A stretch of 64,000 nt of DNA from NCBI GenBank assembly GCA_009914755.4, contig CP086569.2, forward strand, positions 3,776,001 through 3,840,000, in the 5' to 3' direction. How positions within the stretch are numbered: position 1 is the stretch's first letter; each line of letters starts with the position of its first letter. Below, in pieces: positions 1-11,176 of the stretch. The translations under genes and the position numbers were made by a program. The notes below the pieces were generated by a model that made no database searches, was not told the DNA's origin, and saw nothing but the letters and a program-made list of their open reading frames with translations. The DNA comes from the human T2T-CHM13v2.0 reference genome, Homo sapiens.

Positions 1-950
1 TTCTCAACATCATTGATCATCAGAGAAATGCAAATCAAATATACAATGAGATATCATCTCTCCCCAAGTAAAATTGCTTATATCCAAAACAGGCAATAAA
101 AACCGCTGGAGAAGATAGAGAGAAAGGAAACCCTTGTATACTGTTAGTGGGAATGTAAATTAGTACAACCACTATGGAGAACAGTTTAGAGGTTTCTCAA
201 AAAACTAAAAATTGAGCTAACATATGTTCCAGAAATCTCATTTCTGGATACATATGCAAAAGAAAGGAAATCAGTATATCAAAAAGATATCTGCACTCCT
301 ATTTTTGTTGCAGCACTGTTTACAATAGCGAAGATTTGGAAGCAACCTGTGTCCATCAAGAGATAAATGGATAAAGAAAATGTGGCATATATACATACAA
401 TGCAGTACTTATTCAGCCATAAAAAAGAATGAGATCCAGTCATTTGTGAAACATGGGTGGAAGTGGAGATTATTATGTTAACTGAAATAAGGCAGGCACA
501 GAAAAACATATATTGCATGTTCTCACTTATTTCTATAATTATAAATCAAAACAATTGAACTTGCGAATGTAGAGAGTAGAAGAATGGTTACTAGAGGCTG
601 GTAAGAGTAGTGGGGGCCTGTTAGGGGAGGTGGAGATGGTTAATAGTACAAAACAAAACAGAAAGAATATATGAGCCCTACTATTTGATAGCGCAACAAC
701 GTGACCATAGTCAATAATAAATGAACTTTGCATTTTAAAATAATTTAAAAGAGTGTCATTGGATTGATCTCAACTGAATGGATAAATGCTTGAGAGGATG
801 GATATCCAATTCTTTATGATCTGCTTATATCACATTATATGTCTGACATGATATGATATATCAAAATAACTCATCTGCCCCATACATGTATACATGTACT
901 ATGCAACCACAAAAATTAAAAATTAAAAAATTAAAAAATATACAAAAATA
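1..950 (+). mobile_element. LINE-1 3'-terminal fragment (ORF2 C-terminus plus 3'UTR), older primate subfamily (L1MA/L1PB-like); the window starts inside the element
   Basis: Matches the canonical L1 3' end: 'agagaaatgcaaatcaaa...', 'ctgttagtgggaatgtaaattagtacaaccactatggagaacagt', 'tctgcactcctatttttgttgcagcactgtttacaatagcgaagatttggaa', then an L1MA-type 3'UTR ('ggttactagaggctgg...') ending in an A-rich tail near 950. Minus-frame ORFs at 279-518 and 539-733 are spurious. Confidence 0.85.
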
Positions 951-1039
951 ATCACCACTGAATAACTTTTTTTGTTTTAGACCCTTTTTTTTTATTGCTA
1001 GTGTTTTTTACATCTGTTATATAAAATTATTTATTTGTT

Positions 1040-1356
<317 letters not shown>

Positions 1357-3089
1357 TAAATATGTCTTCCCTTTTGAATGTAATCTGCATTGTATGTGAC
1401 TAGCAGAGTTTTTGGCATATAAAAGGCTCTATATATTTGTTGCTCATGACTTAGCTAAAATATTATTACCTCGAGTGATAATATTTTAAATTTCTCACAC
1501 ACTCTCAATATAAAATTATATGATTTATAGTTTTATTTTCTATTTATTACCACTTGAAAGTACCTTCCATGAGGGAAGGTACATTGTAGTAGTTAATATT
1601 TTTGTATGATCAAATAAGTAAATTATTTTTATGAAGGAATGCATGCATGTATGAGCATGTCCTAGGGAAAATAGTAGGTACTATATGTTATCCTATAAAA
1701 TATGTTTTAAGCCTTCTATATTGTCTCTGATTTATTCTGTTTGGCCTTTAAATTCATTATAATCAAACTTAATAATAGTTTCCTAAAATAAACCTTTTTG
1801 ACAATAATTTTTATAATAAGAGTTTTAGTTCTTCAGCATATAGATTCCACACTACTATCTATTGCATTCTGCATTTCAAAGCTTCTGTGCGGCAACAATC
1901 ACTGCCCTTTATTTGCCACCTTCCTTTCTCCGCCATATCCTAGGTAATTTGTATCCAAGTCTGATATTATCATTATATGCCATTTTTTTCTATTTAAGGG
2001 TTGCTCAACATTAAATCCTGCTTCTGTTAGTCTATTTATCCTTTCCTTCTCCTACTTATATTGTTGATGACATGGACTACTTTCAAGAGTTTTTACTTAC
2101 ACATAATTGAAATTCATTTGGCCCTTACAAACAACTAAAAAAGTTCTAAATTTCACTGTACAAGTATTATGTACTCTGTTTACTAATGAAAAAATTAAGA
2201 ACCCATCCTCCAAAATTATTTCAATGTCACACATCCCATGAGAATTCAAGAACATTCATATCTCCACTTAAGGGCAATTATCAATATACATAATTTCATA
2301 ATGCTTTGCATCAGTTAAACTGGACTAAAAGTCTTGAAAGTTGGAAGTTATGCTGGGAATTGCAGGCCCTTTTAGTTCAGGAAGATATTTCATGTTGTGG
2401 AGCTTTTGATATTCCTCATATTGAGAGGTGACAGCGTGCTGGCAGTCCTCAGAGCCCTCCCTTGCTCTCGGCACCTCCCCTGCCTGGGCTCCCACTTTGG
2501 CGGCATTTGAGGAGCCCCTCAGCCCCCACTGCACTGTGGGAGCCCCTTTCTGGGCTGGCCAAGGCCAGAGCCCACTCCCTCAGCTTGCAGGGAGGTGTGG
2601 AGGGAGAGGCGCGAGTGGGAACCGGGGCTGCGTGCGGTGCTTGCGTGCCAGCTGGAGTTCCGGGTGGGCATGGACTTTGTGGGCCCCGCACTCGGAGCAG
2701 CCAGCCAGCCCTGCTGGCCCCGGGCAGTGGGGAACTTAGCACCCGGGCCAGTGGCTGCGGAGGGTGTACTGGGTCCCCCAGCAGTGCTGGCCCACCGGCG
2801 CTGCGCTCGATTTCTCACCGGGCCTTAGCTGCCTTCCCGCGGGGCAGGGCTCGGGACCTGCAGCCCGCCATGCCTGAGCCTCCCACCCACTCCATGAGCT
2901 CCTGTGCGGCCAGAGCCTCCCCGACGAGCACCACCCCCTGCTCCACGGCACCCAGTCCCATCGACCACCCAAGGGCTGAGCAATGCGAGCGCACGGCACG
3001 GGACTGGCAGGCAGCTCCACCTGCAGCCCCGGTGCGGGATCCACTGGGTGAAGCTAGCTGGGCTCCTGAGTCTGGTGGAGACGTGGAGA

Positions 3090-3300
3090 GTCTTTATATT
3101 TAGCTCAGGGATTGTAAATATACCAATCAGCACCCTGTGTTTAGCTCAAGGTTTGTGAGTGCACCAATTGACACTCTGTATCTAGCTGCTCTGGTGGGGC
3201 CTTGGAGAACCTTTGTGTGGAAACTCTGTATCTAACTAATCTGATGGGGATGTGGAGAACCTTTGTATCTAGCTCAGGGATTGTAAACGCACCAATCAGC
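3090..3300 (+). promoter_or_regulatory. Tandem ~70-bp sub-repeats with CCAAT boxes inside the LTR12 U3 region (candidate NF-Y-type promoter/enhancer module)
   Basis: Repeated units 'tagctcagggattgtaaa[t/c][a/g]caccaatcagcaccctg' and 'gtgcaccaattgacactctgtatctagct...'. The motif 'ccaatcag' recurs at least three times. LTR12 elements are known to carry NF-Y/Sp1-dependent cryptic promoters. Confidence 0.6.
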
Positions 3301-3469
3301 ACCCTGACAAAACAGGCCAGTCGGCTCTACCAATCAGCAGGATGTGGGTGGGGCCAGATAAGAGAATAAAAGCAGGCTGCCCGAGCCAACCTTGGCAACG
3401 TGAAGGGTTGTTCTTTCGCTTTTTGCCATAAATGTTGCTACTGCTCACTCTTTGGGTCCACGCTGCTTT

Positions 3470-3785
3470 TAGGAGCTGTAACACTCACCGCGAAAATCTA
3501 CAGCTTCACTCCTGAGCCCAGCGAGACCACGAGCCCACCGTCAGGAATGAACAACTCCAGACGCGCTGCCTTAAGAGCTGTAACGCTCACCGCAAAGGTC
3601 TCCAGCTTCACTGCTGAGCCAGCGAGACTATGAACCCACCAGAAGGAAAAAACTCCGAACACATCTGAACATCAGAAGGGACAGACTCCAGACGCGCCAC
3701 CTTAAGAGCTGTAACTCTCACCGCGAGGGTCCGCGGCTTCATTCTTGAAGTCAGTGAGACCAAGAGCCCACCAATTCTGGACACA
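3470..3785 (+). repeat. Three ~100-bp tandem sub-repeats at the LTR12 3' end
   Basis: 'gagctgtaacactcaccgcgaaaatctacagcttcactcctgagcccagcgagaccacgagcccacc', then 'agagctgtaacgctcaccgcaaaggtctccagcttcactgctgagccagcgagactatgaacccacc', then 'agagctgtaactctcaccgcgagggtccgcggcttcattcttgaagtcagtgagaccaagagcccacc'. Confidence 0.85.
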
Positions 3786-4057
3786 ATATATTTTGGTATT
3801 CCTCATATTTGGTGGATTAGAAAATAAGACTAGCCTTTTATAAATGATATGCCTGAAGATTTGTTTTAGGATTTAAATGGTTTCTGGGCACTTTGAGGAA
3901 GGTTGGAAACTGTAGAAAAATTTGTCTTTCTTCTAGTTCTTGGCAATAAGTCTCTTTCTCTAAGGAGAAGTTACTTAAAATATTTTGTGCTGTACACCTC
4001 TTTGGAATTTGGCTAAATCTCATGGAACTCTTATGAGAATAATGTTTTTGTGAAAGA

Positions 4058-4548
4058 AAAATAAATTTGGGGATCTAAAAATCACTAAGCTAAAAAAAAA
4101 AAAAGCCAAGCTTGGAACTGCTTAGGGCAAACCTGCTTCACGTTTTGTTCAAAGTTACCCCTCTGCTCACTGAGGTAAATGTGTATTTGATTACCTCCTT
4201 TGGAGAGGCTGATCAGAAACCGTCCCAAAGTGCAATCATTTGTCTCTTGTCTACCTATGACCTAGAAGCCCCGTCCCCATTTCAAGTTTCCTGACTTTAC
4301 TTCAAGTTGTCCTGCCTTTCCAGACCAAACTAAAAAGTTTGTCTAAAAATGTTCATCTTACATATGTTGATTGATGTCTCATTTCTCCCTAAAGTATATA
4401 AAACGAAACTGCTCTGATCACCTTGGGAATATGTTGTCAGGACATCCTGAGGCTGTGTCATGGGCAAACATCCTCAACCTTGGGAAAATAAACTTTCTAA
4501 ATTAACTGAGACCTGCCTCAGATATTCAGAGTTCACATTTTGGTAACC
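4058..4548 (+). mobile_element. Retroviral-type LTR, family not identified ('LTR-X', copy 1)
   Basis: About 490 bp, ~80% identical to 11177-11640 in the same orientation. It shares '...aaatcactaagct...ggaactgcttagggcaaac...', 'gttcatcttacatatgttgattgatgtctcat', 'tgtcatgggcaaacatcctcaaccttgggaaaataaactttctaaattaa' and ends '...cagatattcagagttcaca' (CA end). It has a TATA-like 'agtatataaaac' about 70 bp upstream of an AATAAA signal, i.e. a U3-R-U5 layout. Confidence 0.6.
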
Positions 4549-6427
4549 ATAAGGGATTCTCAGTGGAGTTGCCTCTGACCTTTGTCATATCTCCTGTTGG
4601 TGCTTGGTACCAGCATGAGTTAAATTTATGGCTCAAACCAATAGGACAATTTGCTGAGGTCTGTGAGCACCCCCTCCAGAGAATCCCTTATCTCCCCAAA
4701 TTTGGTCAACATCTAACATTTATTTTGCTCTACAACTCCTGTTTTTTTTTGAGCTTTACTTGCATGCAACAAGGAAGACAAGATTTCCTGCTTCCGTGAT
4801 AATCAAAAGCAGGTAAATCCTTTATATAGTTTGAGCTCACTCCCAGCAGGGAAGATGAGTTTGAGTTTTTCCTGCTTCTAGGATGAGAGAGAGCAGTCTT
4901 CAGCCTGAGACCCATCCTTAGGTAATTAGCTCAATTAGGGTTTTGTCTTGGCTAAAGTTTAACAACCAGCCCAGCTTAACTTCTTCCTACCATTAGAGCA
5001 CTCAGTGATTATACTGTTGGGTTTTTTGTTGTTGTTGTTTGTTCCAGTCTTTCTCCCATTGGATTTGACCAACTCTTCCCGACTAGGTCAGATTCAAGTG
5101 AGAATTCCAAATTATGGGTAACAAAGCCTCTCTAATTTGGCTAAAATGTCTCACAGCTGCAAAATAGGGAAAACAACTCCAAAAAATAAAACAAAACAAA
5201 AACCCCATGGACTTGGTTTCTGTGTTTTCTTCCTGTCTTAAAAAAAAAAGTTATTTTATTTACTTTTCTTTCAGCCTATACCTCTTTTCTCCTTTGCATC
5301 TGCAGTACCAAAAAATCTAGAGAAAGTTTGTAATGACTGGAACCCCTTTAAAAAATTCAGAACAAAGACACCACTCATTCCTTTTGGGTGTTCTGTTTTC
5401 CTTGTGGAGTTTCAAGAGTCATGGACACATTCTTCTTAGGGCGAAAGCTGTTTTTCTGTGTTGCATGACCTTACCTCTTTGGCTTTGGGGGTACCAGAGA
5501 TGACTTTGTACTGTGAGAAGATTTGATCTTGGCCTGTGTAATGGCAGATGAGAGCTACAAAGTTAGGGGTAGCTGAGCATAGTATACAGGAATTGGTCTC
5601 GGCTATTTTTTTATTTTAATTTTAGGAAGGTGTAGTTAAAAGATCCTAATTCTAGTTCAGAGATGAATTCTATAAGGTCTTCTCTATTGCTTTTTCTCCC
5701 AAAATTCATCTTGATTTGACTTGTCTGCTCATTTGCATGATAAAGTGAACTGCTCTTTTTATAGGCAAATGACAGACTGAGTTTTCTCAGCTCCAGAAAG
5801 AAAGAGCAGTTTGCTCTTTCTAGCTTAAAGGTATCCCTGGGTGACGAGGGCCTTGTGAGAGTGTCTGGAAGTTGACCTGCTGTGACATGCAGCAGCCCTA
5901 CAGAAAAATCCCCAACAAAAATTAATTGAAAAAAAAAAAAGGCTTATCCAGGGAATGCATGTAAGTGCTGGTCACCTGTTGTTTTGAGCCCTCTCAGAGG
6001 TCATATATCTCTGGAGAGAGACACTGAGACATATTTTAAGAGGGTAAAAATGACTCAGTGGTGACATAATGTGGAGTCCTGCACACAAGCAGCACACATC
6101 TACCCACCAGAAAAAAACCCTAGGCCACAGCTCAGTTCCTTCTTTTAAGAAAAAGAAGTGGGAAACTATCTAAGAATGAGGAGAAAGCAAAGTGAATGAC
6201 CCCCTTGTGAGCACTCTAGGTTTTATGGCACCTCTACTTGCCAGAGCTTATGTGAAATGGAAGTAATATGTTCTTTATGCACATTTACATTAAGGAAAAC
6301 GAGCCCTAAGGATGACCTGCAAACTACAGAGTTCCCAAGTCCTCTTTTTCTCTTTTTTTTTTTCCTTCTTGCTTTAAAACTGCTATTTTTCTATTAAGAT
6401 AAAAACTGCTGTTTGGATTTAACAGGT

Positions 6428-6450
6428 TTTCTTTTTTTTTTTTTTTTTCA
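6428..6450. repeat. Poly-T tract (~22 nt)
   Basis: 'cttttttttttttttttttttca'. Confidence 0.9.
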
Positions 6451-8979
6451 TGCTGATGAATTTGTATTTACCTCATGGCTACAGTTCTGAAGTAAAAGTT
6501 ATAGGATCTTTGTATGTGTGTGTATATGATGTGTGTATATATTTAAGAGGCATTTATAATTTCTATAATTTTATGTTCAATTGTCAATTAAGTCCATTTT
6601 AATTTCCCTCGAGCACACCAAACTTTTTCACTCTGTACCTTAGGATGTAAATTTTGCTATTTGATTCTCACCTTAGTTATTTCCTTTAATATGCGAATTT
6701 AAGGCTATTCAGCTGAAAATTGTCTAAGATTTTGAAACTGTTTATCAAAAATTTAAAAGTCTAAGATAGGGAAAAAAATTTTATGAATCTATAAGATGTA
6801 CTTCTATTGGTATGCCTAATATGTCTATGTATATATGTGTTTTGTACCCAATGTTTTATTACTGAAAATATATAAAGAGCTCTAATTAATTAATTGGCTT
6901 AAAATAAAAGTGGTTGAATCAAATACTTTGTCAGGAAAAAAGAAAATACTAGTCGGATGCTTTTTCGAGTTTATGTAACAAGTAAAATCTTTAAGAAATA
7001 AGCTAGGTTTAAAATTATTGTTAAAGTAATATTAGAAATGTCTTAATGGCTAGCATACAATTTTGTTTGCATTTTTTAATCAAGCATTTTTATACTTATC
7101 TCTGCCAAATACTATAAGGTGTTAAAATTTGAAATACGGGTTAAAAAGAATGATTTTTGCTTGTGCAATCTTTAATAAATAATACATTGATATTGGTTTA
7201 ATGAAAACAGCTGCATCTTGAATTTAATAAGATTACTATAACTTCTAATTCTGTGGCTTTAGGCGGTCTAGTCCACAGGCAGTAAGGTTTGTTTTTGGAA
7301 TGGACTGTTATCATCTTTGTTTCAAAGCTAAAATATATAATAAGTTTCTTCCAAAGTTAGTTTGGCCTATGATCATGAATGAACAAGGACAGCTTGAAGG
7401 TTGGAAGCCAGATGTCTCAGTTATAATTTTGCAATGGCAGTTTCATAAGTTCAGCTTTCATTAATAATTTAGATAAACAATTAAAATAAAATAATTAGAT
7501 AAATGTAATAAGATAAATACTTGTAGACAAACTGATCATAATTTAGAATCAAAAGCTACATTAAATTAAATGAGAGATATTTCATTGTGTATTTTCCAAT
7601 AACATTTGTAGAAAAATATTTTTTTCTAAAAAAACTGTGTCTCTTTAGAAAAGTGAGCAATTTTTTTTCGAATTTAAAGCTTATTTTAAGATTATGAAGT
7701 AAGGTAAAAGGAACCAGGAGACAGCAGAGATATAAGAAAGTTATAAAAATAGAGAGATAGGGTTTTTTTTCTTTTGATAAGAAAGCTTAAAGAGAAATAA
7801 TTTTATATGAGAAAGAAATCTTGTATGGTAAATTTAGTATTAGAATAATATGACTGGATGTTTAAGAAAGAGAGATGTTCAGGACAAACCAGAAATTCCA
7901 AGCATGCATGAACAGTCTCTGTAACTCAAAATAGGAGGATTTATATAAAAAATTTAAAATCTTTCATATAGTCAGGTTGTCTATGATTAAAGAGTAATTA
8001 TAATAGTCTTTCTAGTGATTGGGCTTGATGTAAAAAAAACACTTATACACAAAATAATTGGTTAGAACAATAAAATTTTCTTAAGGGATTGATTTATTTG
8101 TAATAAATTATGAGAAATTTAATTGTTTGAACTCAAAGTTCAACTTTTATTGTATCTCACCATTTTCAGTTTTCTCTCCCCTTTTAAAGGGTGAGAAATC
8201 GTAACACTCTCCAACTAATTTTTCAGCTCATATAAGTTTTTTCCTCAAGTTCCTTTTCTTGTGGCCTGATGCTAACAATATTTTCTTAAAGGTATGAAGA
8301 AAATATTTTTTTCCAGCATAATATTATGTGCAGTGCAGAAGGTCTTTTCTTTTGCCTTTTGGTAACTGGCCTAATAGATTTTACAATTTATTGAAAAAAG
8401 TCCTATGTCATTATTATTAAGTTTTGCTTTGCTTAGGAAAAACAACTGAGATTAAAATTTTTTTAAATAAAATTACAGTTATTACATCCATTTATTTTTC
8501 TTTGTGGGCTTTTAAAGTCCTTGTGACACTGAGTTACAATGCTTTGACTCCTGGGTCTAAAAAAGATATCAAGTCCTGCGGAATCCTAAACACTGACAGC
8601 AATTGAAGCCTTGTCATCAGGGCTGGTAGAAGATGTTGATCAAAATAAACTGCATTTCTGAGACACAAGGCCAGAAATTAAAGCTATTCAACTCCTCAAG
8701 TTCCAAGGAGTATCATGGAAGGGGTGGGCATGTGAGATTGTAAGGGCTTGTTTTGAGGGATAAAATAAGTTCAGTTTCTCTATAAATCAATCATGAATGT
8801 CAAAGGCACACTAATGCAAGACCAGCATATGGCCCCTGTGTCAGATTAACAAGGTTTTCTAAAAACATTAACCAATTCTTTAATAAAGGTTATAAAAGGC
8901 TTATGGAAGTTATATCTTAAGGTTAAGATTAAAATTTTATAGATTGTAAATTTTCAAAAACAAATTTAATTGGCTTTAT

Positions 8980-10700
8980 GCTTTTTTTCATTAGGGCTTA
9001 CTGTTTGGAAAATTAAGTCTCATTTCTCAAAGAATGAAAGTTTTGCCTTTTTTAAAAAACTCAAGTTATCACTTGTGAAATGATTATCTTATTTTAAAAT
9101 AACCTATGATATCAAGTGTTTTAAACCTTTGATATTTGACAAACATTCCAAAACAAAATTATAAACTATGCCTTTTCTGATCTAATTAATCCTTTAAGAT
9201 ATTAGTTTCCCTAAAGTTCAAAAATGACATACTTTTGGCTTACTTGGTATAAAAATTATACAGGAAACATTGCCAAATACGAAATGGTGTTTGGTTTCCT
9301 TTTGGCTGTATTTGTATAAATATGTTATTGGTATGTGTTCCAAAATTATGTGAAACTCCTACAATTCTCATATGACTTAGAATTATAACAAATTTCCTTG
9401 TCAATTGTGTCTTTCTCTATGGCTGCCCTAAAACTTTTTGTCATCCATGGACAATTGTTGTCTTATTTTGGTCCTCTTTAAAGGGTGGTTATATAATCAG
9501 CTATAAAACTCTAACAGGTGCTCTCAGATGCAGGTTTCTGATAACTTTGGAGATTGTGACATCAGAATAGAATAAAAACATTGTCAAATACGAAATGGTG
9601 TTTGGTTTATTTTTGGCTGTATTTATATAAATATGTTATTGGTATGTGTTCCAAAATTATGTGAAACTCCTGTAATTCTCATATGACTTAGCATTATCAG
9701 TAATAATTATAATTATTGTGTTAAATTATTGTGTGCCTCAGACATAGTAAATGTCCTTGTCAATTGTGTCTTTCACTATGGCTGCCCTAAAACTGAAGTC
9801 TTCATGAATATCAAGCAGAACAGAAATTAACTACATGGATTGAACTAATAGAAGACTGAAGTAATGTTTTTGACTTTTTGCTTGAAATGTTGCTGATAGT
9901 TGGTTTTGTTTTTTCAGAGTCAAAAGTAACTTTTCTTTGGAGCTATTGACAGATTTTAATGATTTAGTATACTCTTATGAACAAAAGTTAGAACATACTT
10001 GTTTCACTCTACCTGACTTCTCCAAAATTTGGAAACTCTTCATGAGTATTCTTAACCTATGGCAATACAGTTATTTGCATAAGTACAGTAAGAATCTGCT
10101 TTTATTTATAACAGGCCACAATTGGAAAAACTGGTTATTTTACCAAGGCTTTGACTGAAATGGTGCATTCTCCTTTAAGGAATTGAACTTGATTTATGGA
10201 GCAAATAAAACCCCTTGGGAAAACTGGCCTCATATCTTTGTTTACACAGTTCCTGTACAGGGTTAAAGACCTGTGGTAAGTAAAGAATGTCACTTTCTGA
10301 CAAGCCCAGGATCCCCCAGTTTATCTTGGAACCTCGAGAGTAGAGGAATTCACCCAAGTCATAGATATTTGACTGTACAAATCCATGGCTGGGCTTGGAT
10401 TTAAAAAAGTCTTATCTGAGATTGTTCTATAGAACAAAGTTCCATCAAAGCCAATTTAAAGCCTATATAAAAATAATTATTATTGCTGCACTGTATGCAA
10501 ATAAGCCTAGTATAATACAGCAAATCAGTACTACCATGATTTTTCTTTAGTAAACATGAGAAACTGGAAAGAGAAAAATTATGTTTCAAAAGCTATAGTA
10601 CACCTGTTTTTAGATTCAAGTATTGCCTAATGTTTTTCAATTTTTATTACTTTCTACAGTTTGGACTGAATTTTAACTATGCTTGGCTACAAGTCTTCAT
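8980..10700 (+). repeat. Segment 'A' of an old ~1.6-1.7 kb repeat that recurs inverted at 48240-49800 (family not identified)
   Basis: Colinear ~75-80% identity to the reverse complement of 48240-49800. Examples: 'tggttattttaccaaggctttgactg[a/g]aatgg...aataaaaccccttggg[a/t]aaactg[g/t]cctcata...cacagttcctgtacagggtt', 'ttcatgaatatcaagcagaaca[g/a]aa[a/g]ttaact' and 'ggctgccctaa[a/g]a'. The spurious ORFs 9937-10158(+) and 48666-48869(-) share 'WLFYQGFDW' for this reason. Confidence 0.6.
9265..9795 (+). repeat. Local tandem duplication inside segment A (unit ~170-220 bp, period ~312 bp)
   Basis: Copy a at 9265-9435 and copy b at 9577-9795 both read 'aaacattg[c/t]caaatacgaaatggtgtttggttt..ttttggctgtattt[g/a]tataaatatgttattggtatgtgttccaaaattatgtgaaactcct[a/g]caattctcatatgacttag...cttgtcaattgtgtctttc[t/a]ctatggctgccctaaaact'. 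Copy b has an extra ~48 bp and is closer to the paralog at 49340-49560. Confidence 0.75.
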
Positions 10701-11176
10701 AATAATGTTTTCAATTATTTCCTTCTTCTTACCCCCATTTTTCCTATTTTGGAATCACTGAAAACTAAGCTATGCTTTCTGAAAGTCCTGAAAACTGAAG
10801 CTAGACAGCTTAAACTTCAGAAGAGAATAACAGAAACCTATTTACATGCATAAACCACTTTCATGCCTTCCTACTGATGTATGGACTTCAGAGTAATGTG
10901 ACCTATATTGATTTTCCAGGATTGTTCTTTTGTTTGTGGTTGTTTTTCTCCCTACCTCTTCTTCTTTTATCTCCAAAGAACATGAGACTTCCCAACCTGC
11001 TAAAAATGAGCTTTCCTAATAACTTGGGATCTACCTGTCTAGGAATAAACACACTAACTACGAGAGATCAGATATAATCTGAGTCCAGAGACTCTTTTCT
11101 TCTAAAATGCTTTCTCCGAAACGTTTTTAAAAAGAAAAGGCGGGGTGGCGGGGAGTCGGGGAGGAATGTGAAAGGA

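Larger units (their letters stand above)
2422..3785 (+). mobile_element. LTR12-family solo LTR (HERV9 LTR, LTR12C-like)
   Basis: Starts 'tgagaggtgacagcgtgctggcagtcctca...gcctgggctcccactttggcggca' and ends '...gtccgcggcttcattcttgaagtcagtgagaccaagagcccaccaattctggacaca'. It has a GC/CpG-rich 5' half, CCAAT-containing tandem repeats in the middle and three ~100-bp tandem repeats at the 3' end, all hallmarks of LTR12. The 77-213 aa ORFs at 2428-3133 are artefacts of the stop-codon-poor GC-rich LTR. Confidence 0.9.

Noticed and set aside
2428-3133. Cluster of overlapping 77-213 aa ORFs on both strands in a GC-rich block, superficially like a CpG-island gene start
   Set aside because: The block is the U3 region of an LTR12 (HERV9) solo LTR. 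The ORFs overlap each other in several frames and on both strands, are proline/alanine/glycine-rich, and owe their length to the low stop-codon frequency of GC-rich DNA.
3090-3785. Regularly spaced direct repeats that could be mistaken for a CRISPR-like array or satellite
   Set aside because: They are the well-known internal tandem modules of LTR12 in a primate genome, with no spacers of unique sequence and no cas context. Similarly, 'aatggaatggaatg' at ~19500 is too short to call satellite III.
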